Origin: Octopus vulgaris
Taxonomy: Eukaryota
Assembly: GCA_951406725.2 (NCBI GenBank)
Contig: OX597830.1
Span: 45,012,001-45,076,000, forward strand
Direction of reading: 5' to 3'
Length of the DNA: 64,000 nucleotides
This document shows positions 1 to 13,400 of the stretch, piece after piece. The notes beneath the pieces were generated by a model. It was not told the origin of the DNA. It was given only the letters and a program-made list of their open reading frames with translations, and made no database searches. Position numbers and translations under genes: made by a program. Position 1 is the first letter of the stretch, and every line of letters starts with the position of its first letter.

Positions 1-163
1 TTTTATGTAAGTAAGGGTGGGATAAATTTGTGCTTGCCCTGCTCCCTAGAATTGTGCCATGATTAATAGTTTTGTATATATTTCTACTGGGTCCTTTATC
101 TGGAGGAGTAACCATTTCTTTTTCTTTCTCACCTATTTTATTTAACCCGAGTTTTTTACACTT

Positions 164-420
164 GTGCATAAACTTATCATGAAGTGCATTGAGGCAAATA
201 TTCGTACTGGTTGTGGTAAAGGTGAGACTGTTTTCATTCCTCACATACCAGTTATACCATATAATGTCCCATTCCAATTTAAGTGGTTACAGTTTCCTAT
301 CCAAGTTTCTTTTGCCATGAGCATTAATAAAAGTCAGGGCCAAATACTAAAACTTGCTGGATTGCAACTTGAACAACCATGCTTTTCACAAGGTCAACTT
401 TATGCACTCCAAAATAAAAT
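164..420 (+). mobile_element. Helitron PIF1-like helicase C-terminal fragment
   Basis: Translation TGCGKGETVFIPHIPVIP..FQFKWLQFPIQVSFAMSINKSQGQ matches the Helitron helicase C-terminal motifs. A close paralog lies at 23480-23745. Confidence 0.85.
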
Positions 421-715
421 AAAAAACATTGCTTATAAAAAAATATTCACTCTTAATACAACATGAATACTTCAATAACTTAATTTACCATTGCTATCAT
501 TACATTCAAGAATGAGTGAATTATCTCTTTAAATGAATTGTATTATATATTTGCCATTACTGTATTGATAAATAAAATAACACATACTACTCACTAGTTA
601 TTATCATATAATAAACAAACAGAAGTTCATGTATGAAATTATCTTTTTTCTACTTCACTTATTACATATTTTTCTCTTATAAAAATACACACATACAGGA
701 GGAGTAAATTGTATA

Positions 716-1966
716 CAGGGTCTGTAAGATATTTGAGGACATATCTTTTTGGGGTCATTGCTGCATTTTTTTGCTAAATCTGTATAATCTTTGTTTCAGA
801 AAATAATAATGGCAGACCCTCAGCTTACTCAATAAATGAAGAGGCATGCTGTTATTGTGGTTATAAAGGCTGAGCATAGTGATTTAGAAATATCTCGATT
901 TTTAAAAATTGCCAGATCTTTTGTCTACAAAGTTTGTAAGGAGCTAGAGACTGAAAATGGAAACATATCATCAGCACCAAAGCATAAAAAACATTCTAAA
1001 TGCTCTGAAATCATCAGAACACCTGAACCTACCCAGCAAGTTCAACAGAACTTTGATTACAATCACAGAATGTCCATGAGGTCAGTTGCAAAAGATCTTC
1101 ATGTGCCACAAGGAAAAGTCAGAAATGCTGTCTACGAAGATTTCAGATATAAGTCTTATATGATGAGGAAAGGTCAATTTATCAGAAAAAGCAAAAGAAA
1201 ATCACTACATCAGATCTAAAAGGCTTTTAAACAAACTGAAAAATCCAGCAGATTGGATTTGGTTTTTCTCGAGCGAGAAAAACTTTGACCAAGATCAAAA
1301 AGTTAACAGAATAAATGACAGATGGTTATGTGCAGCTTCTTCTAAAGTTCCAAGTGTTATGCATACAAAATTTCCTGCACCTGTCATGGTTTTAGGAGTT
1401 GTCAGCAATGAAGGACATGTGATGCCTCCTTACTTCTTTCCACAAGGCCTTAGAGTTAACTCTGCCACCTACATTGAGATCCTGGAAAAAAAATTTAAGC
1501 CCTGGATAGACAGTGTATGCATATGTGCTTCAGTAAGACTCTGCACTATCACAGATGACTCTAGTAACACAAAAATGGATGGCTGAAAATTTTCATGATC
1601 ATGTAACCCCTAACATTTGGCCTCCTAATTCCCCAGATCTGAATCCATTTGACTATTACATGTGGAGTGTTGTTGAGAGAGAGGTCAATGAACAGGCCCA
1701 TAACACCAAAGATTCTTTGAAAGCTGCCATAGTCACAGTAATTTCCAAAATGAACCAGGACCACTTGATTCAAGCATGTAGATGATTTAGATTTTATATA
1801 GAAGCAGTTGTTGAAGCTGAAGGTAGCTTTATTGAATAACATTATAGAAAAGGTCTACTTTTATCCTCATAGCATTTTTTGATAAATAAAGTTATCTGTT
1901 ATTATATATATGTTTTTTGTTTTTTTTATAAACATAAATCTGTCCTCAAATATCTTATGCACCCTG
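716..1966 (+). mobile_element. Full-length but decayed Tc1/mariner-superfamily transposon, maT (DD37D) type
   Basis: About 29-bp TIRs (CAGGGTCTGTAAGATATTTGAGGACATAT / CAGGGTGCATAAGATATTTGAGGACAGAT) with TA TSD at 714-715 and 1967-1968. Transposase split over 836-1785 by frameshifts and stops. There are 37 residues between D(SAL..) and the D of WPPNSPDLNPFD. Confidence 0.9.
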
Positions 1967-2372
1967 TATATAATAATACTTTGAATGTGGTAACCGAGAA
2001 ACAGTAAAAGTAATTATCAGATTAACAACAAGTATTACTGCAAGTACATGATAAAGGAAGTTTTAGTCATGGCACGTAACTTCTCTAGTGTCAGGGATGT
2101 CATAAAATGCATTCAGTGCATGAGATAGAAAGGCTAGCAAGAGGAAGGGCAGCTCATCATAGAAAAAAACATAACATGACATACAGAGCATCAATGTGTA
2201 TCAAATGATGAGAAACTACAACAAGGAGAGGGACACTGTACTGGAACAAACCTGCTCAACCATGACAACATTGAGGAAACAAATGTAAAATAAAGGGCAT
2301 CATGAGAAAGAGGGAGAGAGAAAGAGAGAGAGAATCAGATGAAAAATATGATAATATAATATAAAGATTTAC

Positions 2373-2439
2373 CTTCAACCACTGATGTATTTGTATTCTG
2401 CCATCCATACAACCAGGCAGGATCAAATGGGGTGTTTCC
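2373..2439 (-). CDS. SPG11: SPG11 exon 16 (67 nt, phase 0 to 1)
   Basis: TTAAAG acceptor; GNTPFDPAWLYGWQNTNTSVVE; donor AAG|GTAAAT. Confidence 0.9.
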
Positions 2440-5400
2440 CTTTAACAGAACAACAAAGCCACATAATTAGCTCACAATCACATAAATTAATCACTTACTT
2501 TGTTCATCTGCTCATATCACAACTGTTTTTCTATGCTAGCATGGATTAGACAAATATATATTATTGAAGGGAGAACATTCAGTTGTAGAAACCATGCCAA
2601 ATCAGATTGAAACCTGGTGAAGCTCCCCAGCTTACCAGTTTTCAATCAAACCATCCAACCCATGCCAGTATGGAAAACAGATGTTAAGTGATGTTGATGA
2701 TGATGATGATGCATTGTATTGGTCTAACCAATGCTAACACAAGTAAATAAAACAGAAAAGTGAGAGCCTTCCCGTTTGATGTACCAAGTCAAGAAATTTT
2801 AATTCATTAAAATTATTAGTATATATCATTATCTGAATGGCTTTTCTTCAAAAAGGTAAGGAGATTAAGATCTAAGTTTTCCCATATTGTGAAATTCTAT
2901 CAGTGTGGTCAATCTGTCATAGTTCTTTGCACTCTTGTTCAATTGGTCTTTATGTATTTGATGTCTTACTACAATGTCTAGAACCTGGTGTTCTTAAGGC
3001 AGCCTATTTTCTATTTTCCTTTTTCTAGTGTCTACATCACTGCAATCTTTACACACTGAAAGGTTGACCAAAACAAAATCCATTCACCAGGTGAAACCAA
3101 CATACCATCATGATGTTTTGAGAGGCTGAGATTTACATTGCAGGAAGATTTCCTCATTTGTGTTGGTCGAATGTGTCCAGCTTCTTGGTTACTTTTGCTG
3201 CTGTTTCCCATGTTCCACTACCATACAGAACTGCTGGCAATGGAACTGTTGCATTCTATAGCTAGACCTTCATCTCAGTACCCAGATTTGGCAAATGCAC
3301 TGGAATATACTTGCTCATTAGAAAACCTTTGTAAATCAACACCCACAAAAAAGGTATAATTAATAAAGAAATTCCTGGGGAGGAAGGACTGGGTATTAAT
3401 GATTGGTACAAGGGTCAGGGGATACTGAGTACATCAAGGATGATAAAAGGAGGAGAGATGAGTAAGATGGAAATGTCTGAAAGGATATGGCAAGAGTCCA
3501 GCCAACTTTGAGCAGTAGAAACCATTATAATAGTGGAAGGAAACGTTGAGAAAAGAGACAGTATGGAGTGTGAGCCAGAGTCTGGAGTGTGCTGGTGAAT
3601 GACTTTAAACAATTGGTTGATGGCTCTTTTCAAGAAGTGATCAAGGATAAGAGTTGGGAATAAAACCAAATCTTGGAGCATGCTGGAGTTGATAAAATGA
3701 ATGATAGAAATAATTTTATCAACACATGCAGCAACAGTGTGATCTGATGAGAAGCAACCAATTAAAAGACAAAAGATGGGTGGAGCCCATAAGTAGAAAA
3801 TTTCAACAGGAGATTCACAAGTCAGACTTACTTGAAAGTTTTGCTGATAATGACAAAGATAACACAGCTTTCACTAAAATCCTCAAAAGCAAGAAACTAC
3901 TGGTAGATGACAACAGAGAGGCCATCAGTAGATGTAGTTTCATGGAAATTGTGCTAGCACTCATTAAGGGGTGAGAGAGATTCAAGGTGTTGGAGAATAT
4001 CATTATTAACTGTTCTCTCCATTATTTTCAAAATATACATTAGGAACATGGATTCTTCCTTGCCACATATCAGAGTCTATATTTCTATCATTACTGATCA
4101 CAGCCACTTTAAGAGAAATCATCTACAACTTTCACAACCTGCTTTCCATTGAAAATGTACAGTTTTGTGGTGGCATTAATCTGTAACCTTTGCTCTTTTT
4201 ACAAGTAATTCTGAGTCACTTGTTCTTTGAGTTTGGTAGTTAGTTATTGCAGTCAAGCTCATTTCTGCTAGCAGAAGCAAAAGCCAAACTATAAGGTTTT
4301 TCCATTATCCTCCATTGCAGTCTTGCAGAATACTCCAATTGGTTACCCTCTTTTAAGTTATAACCACCACCAAATTTTAATTTATTAAAATTAATTTGGT
4401 ATGCGGTAAAGAATGGCAACTCTAGGCAAGTTATGGTTATATTAGATTTCATAAGCAAAAGATAGTGGAAACATAACTTCTACATCTTAGAGAGAGAGAG
4501 TTTTTTGTAAATAAACATTGAGTGATGTGTGAAAGTGTGTAGCCTAATTGTTAGGGTGAAAGTTTCACATTTATAAGGTCATGAGTTTTGTTCCTAGACG
4601 AGGCAGTATATTGTGTCTATATGGAAAACAATTCATTCCATATTGCTTAGTTGAAGAGAGTACCACTTGGGTGCTAGTACAGCCCTACTTCTCCTAAACT
4701 ATCCCGGAGATTTCCACTAGCTTAAGGATGAGCAAGTCAAAAGTTTCTAAAACAACTTGTAAAAGTATGGTATATGCTACCAAGTCACACTTGCTTGCAA
4801 GTGACAGCAATGTTTTTTTTTTGCTTTCTTTTGTATATTAACTTTTCAGCATGGTAGGAAAAATACTGAGGGATAACTGTGGCACAAAAATATAAAACTG
4901 ATATGTACACTAGCACATTTGATGTAGTAAGCTAGGAAATTTGGATTAACGTGACTCCTTTAATGATGAAAAATTAATCTAAATGATTCACTCTGGTCAA
5001 AAAAAAAAAAGTGGGTAAACTTAAAAAAAATTTGAATTGTATTTTGATTTTAATTAATAAAAAATTTCACACATCACTCAATGTCTTTCATCACATTAAC
5101 TGTCTCTAAGTTTAGAAAGCTTCTACCCCTACTGGTGACAAAGGGTCTCTCGCTCAGAGTGAAAGGTACATTGTACGACACATGTGTGCAAACTGCCATG
5201 CTTCACGGCAGTGAAACATGGGCTGTAACTGCAGAGGACATGCGTAGGCTTGAAAGAAATGAAGCTAGCATGATCCGCTGGATGTGCAATGTCAGTGTGC
5301 ACACATGACAGAGTGTCAGCACCCTGAGAGAAATGCTAGACATAAGAAGCATCGAATGTGGTGTGCAAGAGAGACGTTTGCGCTGGTATGGTCATGTACT

Positions 5401-8400
5401 ATGGATGGATGAGGAGAGATGTGTGAAGAAGTGCCACTCCCAAACAGTTGAAGGAATCCGGGGGGAGAGACCCAGGAAGACATGGGATAAGGTGGTCAAG
5501 CATGACCTTCGAATGTTGGGCCTCACAGAGGCAATAACAAAAGACCGAGATCTCTGGAGATATGCTGTGACTGCAAAGACTCGACAAATAATGTGAGTTC
5601 ATGGCTGTTTTCTGCACCAGTTTTGCATAGCAGCCCCAGCCCATCCAAAGTACCTTGGATTGCAGAATGACCTGCTGTGCTTACCTTGGATTGTAGGGTG
5701 ACCTGCTGTGCTTGAGAAGACCTATTGAGTCAAGTGCATCAACATCAAAATAAATATCAAATGGAAATTGTAGTTGTGATACCTGTGCTGATGGAACGTA
5801 AAAAGCACCAACCGTTTGTGGCCACTGCCAGCTTCCCTGGCACGTAAAAAGCACCCACTACACTCATGGAGTGGTTGGCATTAGGAAGGGCATCCTGCAG
5901 TAGAAACACTGCCAGATCAGACTAGAGCCTGGTGCAGCCTCCTAGTTTCCCAGACCCAGGTTGAACTGTCCAACCCATGCTAGCATGGAAAACGGATGTG
6001 AAATGATGATGATGATGATGATGTAAATAAGATGCATAACAAAAGTGAGTTTACTTGGACTTGTCAACTTAGTATCATCCAACAGTACCCAATCAATAAC
6101 AAATCATCACAAAAAACATAACACTGCACAGTTTCTTGTTACGTATACTTAAAACTCTCAAAGTCTCCAAAACTAACAGAGTTTCAAATATCTAACAACC
6201 ACTCATACCAGTCATGTAGTGTTCACACAGCCAAGCCTTTATTGTATAGAGTAGGTGTTCTTTTCAAAACTGTCAAATAATTTTTATCGGTTGTTGACCT
6301 TTGAATAAATTGAAATCTACCCAACATTAGAAGACTGTCCATGTATACAGAATAAAAGAAGAATACGATCCACATTTTCTATTGTCAACACAAACACACC
6401 TGACAGCATCTATGAGTTGATGCTTGAGATACAACATGTCAGTCCTCACGTGTAAAACTATGGCACAACTTGTTGTGTCCTTCCATCCATTCAAACAGTA
6501 CTGTAGTAGTCTCTTCTCTCAGTTTGTGAATTGTATGTCACTTCCACATAAATCTACTGATGACAATCACCCCTTATTCTATAATTAACATAGTAACTTT
6601 CTACCCATAACTTGACCATCATTCTTATGTAGAACCACATTTCTTTCACAATATTACATTTTCCAAGTTTTTACTTTCAACGATTGACATGTCAATATTG
6701 AAACCTCACCTTGTAATCTCCAACTTTTTGACTATGATTCTGAATGAATACAACAACTCTTTGGTTTAACAAATATGCAAAATATTAGTTCAGTTACTTA
6801 CTTTCATTAATTGGTAAACTGTGATATCATATTGGCAAACTTTCTTCACTGAAGTTGGAAATAAAGCATCATGTAGCCGAGGGTAGTGAAGCAGGCTATC
6901 TTCAAGAAGATTCATGTCGATTCCTTGGAATATATCAGGAACAGTGGAACTGGCAGTCATCTGGAAAATGTTATTATAGAGAACAAAATGTATATAGAAT
7001 TAGATTCCTTTCAACGTATACCCACATGAATGTCATATTTTTATATTACTTTTTTATTTATAAAGTACTATTGTTAAGTAATAAAACATTTCTATTACTT
7101 TCTTCTCTCAAGGATCCATAACTAATTTTATGTGGTATGCACTGTGGACACTTTTAACAGCATTGTAGACACTGAACACAAACCTACATGGGGAAGATGT
7201 GGACTCCAGAAGTCACATCGATGCACCCCATTGCAGAGAACAGTAACTCCATATAAAAACCTGCATGGGGTAGTTATGTAAACTTATCTAAGAGGGCAGT
7301 GATTTTGAATATAAGCCTTGATGAAGATGTGAATCCCGAAACCTGCAATGAAAGCAACCCATCTACAAGAGCAGATATTGTGTAGAAGAGTTACTTTAGT
7401 CTATACAGACAACCTCTCTTTAGTGTTGGTGGTTCAATGAATTGCTTCTAGTCCATGCTGTTAGATAGTTTGTCAAAGGAAGGACAATGAACAAATAAAC
7501 CAATGCCCAAATCATGAAAAACTCTAACAAGACTAACACTGACTATTCTAATACTGCACATAGAAATGGGATAGTTAAGGAACTGCCACAATCAATTTTT
7601 GTACAATGAAAGTTATGTCTGGAGAGATTGTAGAGATGCTAGAGTAGAGGCAAGTATCTCTGTGCTGTGAACAAAAAGCATGATGGAGTGCAACCTTAGC
7701 TAGACTCCTTACAAACAAACACAACACATTTTTCTAGACATGCAGGAAATAATAGTGTGCTAGGTGGAATAAGTATATTGTTGTTAGAGAAAGGGATAGA
7801 TAAAGTAAGCGAGTTAAAGTGTAGGACTGAGAGCAAGGAAGTTGGTGAGGGAGGATCTAGAGATAGGGCAAGATACAGAAGGCTGTCAAAAAGCCCACAA
7901 AACTAAAACTTGCTTGAACAGTAAAAATAATCTTAAACTGATTGTTGTGTAGTCATAAACAACAGTTATCTCTGACATAAGAGCAAAAGGAGAATCTCTA
8001 AGGCTCTCTTGCAGACCATCTCGAACACGAATGGCATCAACCACATTATTACAGATGGTGACTTTAATGGTCATGTTGGCTGTTGCAGCATGATAGCTGT
8101 TGCAGCATTAAATGGAGGCTACGGATGCAGTACATGAAATGTCAATTGATCAAGGCTCTAAGAACTTTTGGTGATGCAAATGATCTAACCTTCTGTAACA
8201 CTAACTTCAGAAAAAAACCAGCCACTCATTTGATCCCCCTTTAATCAGGCAAACATACAAGTCAGATACTTTTCAAAGCCAATAGGAAATGGAGTAGACA
8301 AATGACTGTAACTAGAATGTCTTTCCCCAAGATAAATGTACCATCCCACATGGAATAGTGATTAGTGAGTTCAGAGTAACAGCTCAAAGAGTTCAAAGAC

Positions 8401-10450
8401 ACAAGTCAACTAAGAAGAGGAAAGTGCAGCAACTGAAAGAACCGTTTGATAAGCTTAAGTTCAGAGAGGTCTTGGTGAAACATATGGTAAAGAGAAAGGT
8501 TGGATGGAAACCACTAATATAGAAGACAGCTGGAGATTTCTGCTGGACAACCTACTGCAAGCCACAGATTTGCTGTTAGAGCAAAGTACCAGTCAACTGT
8601 AAGACGACAAAGTGATGGAATGGAATAGTAGAATTCATAAAAGCTAAGAGACAAAATTGGATGAAAGCAAAGAATTGGGAACATTATCAGATGGTCAAAA
8701 GAGAAGTTAAAGGTCAGGTATAGAGAGAATGAAAAATAGTTGAAAGTAAAAAATCTGCCAAAGTTTCACAACAAGAAGACCAGAGACACGAGGTACTGTA
8801 GGGTGTTGTTTGTTTTCAAATGACAGCAGTGCACTAATCATCACCAATCTTGAAAAAGGTTAAGAAATGTTACTACAAGGAGTTATTGAACAAAAAGAAT
8901 GTATGAGTGAAAAAAGGACAATAAAAAATAGATCCAACAGAGAAACCAGTTATTGAAGTTGACAGTTATATAGTGAAAAGTTCAATTGCAGACTTGAAAA
9001 CAGGGAAAGCAGCAAGATCATCGGATACGTTAATGAGATGCTGGAATTATTTGGTGAAGTAAGGCTCAAGCTTGTGACTCACATAGTCAACTAGGGAGTA
9101 CAGAGAGGTGTTAAATCCAATGATTGCTAAAAAAAAGGCTAAGAAAGGAGCAATTACGAAAGTAACAAAAAGAATTTTAGTACAACTGATTAAGAAGAGA
9201 TTTAGCTTAGATGAGATGTAGTTTGGATTTGTGCCATAGCAGGTACCACTGATGCCCTCTTTTTAGTGAAACAACAACAAAAAGTTCTTAGTAATGAGTA
9301 AGATTATATATCATCATCATCATCGTTTAACGTCCACTTTCAATGCTAGCATGGGTTGGACGATTTGACTGAGGATTGGCGAACTAGATGGCTGCACCAG
9401 GCCCCATCTTGATCTGGCAGAGTTTCTACAGCTGGATGCCCTTCCTAATGCCAACCACTCTGAGAGTGTAGTGGGTGCTTTTACATGCCACCAGCATGAG
9501 GGCTAGTCAGGCAGTACTGGCAACAGCCATGCTCAGATGGTGCTTTTTATGTGTCACCTGCACAGGAGCCAGTTCAGCGACACTGGTAATGACCTCACTC
9601 AGATGTTTTTTCATGTGCCACAGGCACATGTGACAGTAAGGCGTGCTGGTAACGATCACGCTCGAATGGTGTTTTTTACATGCCACTGGCACAGAAGCCA
9701 GTTTGTTGCTCTGGCAATGATCACACTCGGATGGTGCTCTCAGCACTCCACTAGCACGGATGCCAAGTCATCAAATTTGATTTCGATTTCACTTGCCTCA
9801 ACAAGCAGAGTTTAGTGTCCAATGAAGGAAAGGTACGCATAAGTGGGCTGGTTACACCCCTGGCATAGGCCACGAGGTTATGGTCTCATTTGGCTTGCCG
9901 GGTCTTCTCAAGCACGGCATATTTCCAAAAGTCTCGGTCACTAGTCATTGCCTTGGTGAGGCCTAATGCTCAAAGGTCGTGCTTCACCACTTCATCCCAG
10001 GTCTTCCTGGGTCTACCTCTTCCACAGGTTCCCTCAACTGCAAGGGTGTGGCACGTTTTCACACAGCTATACCCATCCATTCTTGCCACATGACCATACC
10101 AGCACATCCAGCAGATTATACTGGCTTCATTCCTTGTAAGCTTACGCATGTCCTCAGCAGTCACGTCCCATGTTTCACTGTCATGTAGCATGGCTGTTCA
10201 TACACATGTGTCATACAGTCTGCCTTTTACTCTGAGCGAGAGGCCCTTTGTCACCAGCAGAGGTAAGAGCTCTCTGAACTTTGCCAAGGCTATTCTTATT
10301 CTAGCAGCTACACTTTCAGCACACCCTTCCCTGCTACTGACTTGGTCACCTAGGTAAAGGAAGCTATCAATTACTTCTAGTTTTTCTTCCTGGAATGTGG
10401 TGGAAGTTGTTCTCTGCACATTTTCAGTGTTTATTGCTCCTGAGCATCTT

Positions 10451-10493
<43 letters not shown>

Positions 10494-13400
10494 GCATCCA
10501 TTGACATGCTTTCACACTTTGTAATCTGATGACCAAGAAAACTAGGTGTTGATGAATGACTTGTGAAAGTTGTGCAAGCCATGGACAGAGATGCCATTAT
10601 CAAAGTGAGAATGACCAATAAGTTCAGTTATAAAGTTAGCATGCAGGTCCATCAAGATTCAGTAGTAATCTCTTCCTTGCTTATAATAGTTATATGGGGC
10701 ATATTAGAGCAATTTAATATTGACTGTTGGTAGGAACTCCCTATATACCAATGACCTATTGCTCATAGCTGAATTTATCAGACTTAGAAAACAAATTACA
10801 AAAGCTAAAATCAAGAAACTTCAATGTTAACCTAGTAGAGGTTAAAGTTTTAGCAGAAAAGAAGAGGCAAATATACAGATGATGATAGTTGGATAAAGGA
10901 TTGCTATGAAATACATGTGGAAGCAAACTGTTTAAAAGGAAGACCGAAAAATATTTGGGCAGAAATGATGAAAGCTGATTTCAAGAAGCCTCATCTCCCA
11001 AACAATATGATAAGAATGTGACAGGTATTGAGATTTCATGTTGGAGAAGACCAATACAACTCATGCAAGTAAGGAAAAAATTAAGGTTAAAAGAATGATG
11101 CTGCTGGTGATATACAAACACACAGAAATATAAAGATACAGACAAATATAAATATACATAAAAAAAATATTATGGAAATAGTATGTTGTGTGTCAAGTGT
11201 TAGAACCTACAGCAAAATACTGAAAATAGGACACTATTTAATGTCCATGCTCTATGTTGGCACAAGTGAGATGGTTTGAGAGGATCTGTTGTGTCTGAGA
11301 ATTGCATCATACTCCAAGGTCTACTTTCACATAATTTCTATGGCTGAATGCCCTTCCTAATGCCAACCACTTTACAAAGTGTACCAGGTACTTTTTACAT
11401 GGCATCAGTGAAATCAACATTTAGCTTGCAAGACTAAGATCTCTTTCAACTGAGTGGAGAAGCTTTATGCTAGGAAATAAACTTAAAGAAAGACCGAGCC
11501 ATAACAAGAATAGGTTTCTTGCTGAAAAGAAGCTACAGAAACTCATACTAAATTCATCACTGAAATTGTGACCTCTTACTCTACTTACTACATCACTGTA
11601 CACATCAGTATGGCCCCCAAAGGCCATTTCTCAACACCTGGTTTCCTTAGTGGCAATCAAATAACTGAACATGGAATCCTGTTAAATACCTTTTCCACAG
11701 TCAACAGTAAGGCCCAATGTTTGAAGGTCGTGCTTCACCACCTCATCCTAGGTTTTCCTGGGTCTACTTCTACAGGTTCCCTCTACTGCTAGGGCGTGAC
11801 ACTTTTGCACACAGCTGTCCTCATTCATTTGCAACACATGACCATACCAGTGCATTTATCTCTCTTGCACACCACATCCAATGCTTCTTACATCCAACTT
11901 TTCTCTCAGGGTGCTTCCACTCTATCATGTATGCACACTGACATTACACATCCAGCGGAGCATACTGGCTTCATTCCTTGTAAGCTTATGCATATCCTCA
12001 ACAGTTACGGCCCATGTTTCACTGCGATGTAGCATTGCTGTTCGCACACATTCATCATACAGTCTACCTTTTACTCTGAGCGAGAGGCCTTTTGTCATCA
12101 GCAGAGGTAGGAGCTCTCTGAACTTTGCCCAGGATATTCTTATTCTAACAGCCACACTTTCAGATAATTCCCCGAGGTAACAGAAACTAAAACAATGTGA
12201 AGCACAGCAAACTATCACAAAAAGACTTCCAAAAGTTATGCTTTCAATTTGGTAAGATTAAGTGTTGCTTTATATGAGCTTTTTTTCCCATGAATAGGAA
12301 CATCAATTCAGATGTGTACTGTGACCAGCTGGACAAATTAAATGCACTGATCTACCAGAAGTATCCAGAACTTGCTAATTATTGGCAACAATCATGCTAT
12401 GATCATTGCCAATTTGTTTCTTATTGGCAGAAACAAGAAGCATCATCACCTCCAAACTACTCACTTTGACTGGAACAAAGCAGATTGGAACTGTTACTGT
12501 GCTGAGTTTTAATGCCCAAACTGGTTTGAATTTTATGATTCTGGAGATGTCAATACTTCACTTTAGAACACCCTCAGTTCAATCTGGGCTGCATGCGAAG
12601 CATCAGTATCACACAAATGCTTAAAGCATCCTTAAAGAGCAATTTGAGAGACTGCAGCAGTTCATCTTGCTAGGAAAGAACATCATGCTGTTGAACAGGA
12701 CTACATAGAACAAAGGAGAATAAAAGGGGCAGTAGATCGTCCAACCATCTCAAGCAAGAAACTAACTTTGAGAGTGAAGTGTTCTGGAAATAAATGTATT
12801 CGAAGCAGAGACCTCTCCAGTTGGCCCTCATTGCAATCCCTATGCAAGTCAAATTACTGATGATCACAAAGAAGGAGCAGAGTTTATTGCTGAATGCTAT
12901 GTTGGCATTTTTACTGTTGAAAATCTAACTGTACCATCTTCACTACCTCTGACATCAAGTTCTATAACATCTGTGAAATTTACAACTGCAGTATTGCAAT
13001 GCCATCTCAAGAACAAGACAACTATGTCTCTCCTGATCTTGATGGTGTTACTTAACTGTTTCTCACACATGGCAGGTTCTTTCTATCACACCAACTTTCA
13101 TTCTTCTTCCAATTCTACCTTAACAACTGTGTCACTCCAGATCAGTGGAAAATTACCAGTGTCATTCTCCTATTCAAAAAATGATTGTACATCACCTATC
13201 AACTACCATCCAGTCAGTCTAACTAGCTGCATCACCAAACTGATGGAATCCTGTGTCAGAGAAACACTCTGAAACTTCTGGAGCTCTCAGAGCCTTATTT
13301 AGCCCTCACAATTTGGATTCAGCCCCAACTCCAGCTGTTGTAGACAACTCATCAAGTTTCTTGAGTACATCACCTGAATCACAGATGGTAGCTCACAAGT

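Noticed and set aside
3000-4200. Purine-biased stretch with short ORFs
   Set aside because: Probably a very old LINE remnant; no motif clear enough to classify.
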